From: Ostreococcus tauri | Taxonomy: Eukaryota | Direction of reading: 5' to 3' | Assembly (NCBI GenBank): GCA_000214015.2 | Contig: CAID01000015.2 | Coordinates: 381,878 to 387,322, forward strand | Length of the DNA stretch: 5,445 nucleotides | In this document: positions 4,648-5,445 of the stretch, in pieces | Numbering within the stretch: the first letter of the stretch is position 1 | How the letters are laid out: the number at the start of each line of letters is the position of its first letter | Translations under genes and position numbers: made by a program | The notes under the pieces: model-generated | What the model saw: only the letters and a program-made list of their open reading frames with translations | Databases searched by the model: none | Told to the model about the DNA's origin: nothing

Positions 4648-5445
4648 ATGGACGCGCGCGCGATGTCGAGGGCGAGCGATGACGTGTGCGTGGACCCGGA
4701 CGCGTACGTGAGCTCGGACGAGGACGGGACGTCGGCGAGGACGCGGGGGGCGTGGACGCGGGACGCGCGGCGCGTCGCGGGCGAAGACGTCGACGCGCGA
4801 CGGGGGACGATCGCGCGCTTCGAGGCGCTGTTGGAGGAGACGTTCCCGAACGGGGCGATCGCGAGCGTGCGGTGGGATCGGGTGGTGATGAAGACGCAGC
4901 GAGACGCGCGGTTCGGGATGGTGGGGACGCACGCCGAGCGGCGGGCGGCGTTCGAGGCGTACGCGAGACGACGACGGGACGACATGGCGAACGCGCGGGC
5001 GCCGAACGCGCGCGTGAAGCGAAGGAGGGACCCGGAGGCGGAGGCGCGGGCGTTGCGAGCGCGCGAGGCGGAGGCGATGCGATCGACGCGCGAGGCGGAG
5101 CGAGTTTCCGCGCGACGCAAGGATGCGCTCTTCGCGGACGCCGCGGACGCGGCGTTCTCCGCCATGTGCGCCGAACGCGTGAAGACGTACACGAGATCGT
5201 ACGAAGAATCGTTCGATCGAGATCTCGCGGGTGATCCCTTGGGACGAGACGACGTGAGTAAGCTCAGAGGGGGAGAGTCGCGCGCGCGCGAGCTGTACGC
5301 CGAACACGTCGCGCGCGTCGAGCGCACGCTCAAGACGGAATTCGAGAAGCTCGCGAGGAAGATGATCGATATAAAAGTCGTCGAGGCAGTGAGCGATGAC
5401 TCCGCTCTAACCGAGGCCCAGGATGATGGACACGCGACGATCGAC
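4648..5445 (+). CDS. FF-domain-containing protein (PRP40/TCERG1-type FF repeats), 3'-partial
   Basis: I translated this frame by hand because it is not in the supplied track. It is open from the TGA at 4591-4593 to the window end, with the first ATG at 4648: MDARAMSRASDDVCVDPDAYVSSDEDGTSARTRGAWTRDARRVAGEDVDARRGTIARFEALLEETFPNGAIASVRWDRVVMKTQRDARFGMVGTHAERRAAFEAYARRRRDDMANARAPNARVKRRRDPEAEARALRAREAEAMRSTREAERVSARRKDALFADAADAAFSAMCAERVKTYTRSYEESFDRDLAGDPLGRDDVSKLRGGESRARELYAEHVARVERTLKTEFEKLARKMIDIKVVEAVSDDSALTEAQDDGHATID. The first FF domain fits the consensus F..LL...(n)..W.......D.RF......ER...FE.Y (nt ~4813-4968). The second is a looser copy, AAFSAM...SYEESFDRDLAGDP...ARELYAEHV (nt ~5146-5310). 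The start codon is uncertain, since ATG 4663 is also possible. Confidence 0.8.
   Translation, partial: MDARAMSRASDDVCVDPDAYVSSDEDGTSARTRGAWTRDARRVAGEDVDARRGTIARFEALLEETFPNGAIASVRWDRVVMKTQRDARFGMVGTHAERRAAFEAYARRRRDDMANARAPNARVKRRRDPEAEARALRAREAEAMRSTREAERVSARRKDALFADAADAAFSAMCAERVKTYTRSYEESFDRDLAGDPLGRDDVSKLRGGESRARELYAEHVARVERTLKTEFEKLARKMIDIKVVEAVSDDSALTEAQDDGHATID

Noticed and set aside
5254-5262. GTGAGTAAG splice-donor-like motif inside the FF-domain ORF.
   Set aside because: Read-through keeps the frame open and gives sequence that fits the second FF domain (DDVSKLRGGESRARELYAEHV). The nearest downstream AG acceptor would make an implausibly short intron of about 15 nt.
4227-5333. ORFs 4227..4682(+), 4252..4593(+), 4430..4711(+), 4686..5234(+), 4333..5307(-), and the 5' three-quarters of 4386..5333(-).
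   Set aside because: These are R/G/A/P-rich junk translations, off-frame or antisense to the FF-domain frame. Only the last 64 codons of 4386..5333(-) look protein-like, and I kept those as a separate low-confidence CDS.
1-5445. Possibility of a prokaryotic defence island, CRISPR array, operon or mobile element.
   Set aside because: There are no regularly spaced direct repeats with unique spacers. I saw no transposase, integrase, nuclease or other motifs of known defence families in any frame. There are no terminal inverted or long terminal repeats. The Pol III tRNA with a spliceosome-independent intron, the FF domains and the gene organisation all indicate a eukaryotic nuclear locus. The CG-rich repeats are low-complexity sequence, not arrays.

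Overview
This window is GC-rich and saturated with CG dinucleotides. Hand-counted 60-nt lines range from about 40% to 83% GC. It reads as compact eukaryotic nuclear DNA, most like a mamiellophyte green alga of the Micromonas/Ostreococcus type (the taxon is inference), and not as a prokaryotic locus. I can support five genes. (1) 1-1122 (+) is a 5'-partial FAD-dependent monooxygenase. (2) 1160-3442 (-) is a 760-aa orphan membrane and coiled-coil protein whose N-terminus carries four roughly 33-residue W-[K/R] repeats reminiscent of Sfi1 centrin-binding repeats. (3) 4052-4180 (-) is a nuclear tRNA-Thr(CGU) split by a 55-nt intron at the canonical 37/38 position and followed by a T8 Pol III terminator. 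(4) 4386-4580 (-) is a 64-aa single-TM ORF hidden in the tail of a spurious 315-aa track ORF, and it resembles complex I subunit B9/NDUFA3. (5) 4648-5445 (+) is a 3'-partial protein with two FF domains, in a frame the ORF track omits, probably because it runs off the window. Nearly all other track ORFs are Arg/Ala/Ser-rich off-frame or antisense artefacts of the high GC content. The roughly 600-bp spacer at 3443-4043 looks non-coding and contains a sharp AT-rich island with a TATA-like motif and a palindrome. I found no CRISPR array, transposase, terminal repeats or prokaryote-type defence or operon structure. The most interesting items are the intron-containing tRNA-Thr, the Sfi1-like/TM architecture, and the two genes the ORF track does not show correctly. 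All homology statements come from motif recognition by eye and memory, not from searches.
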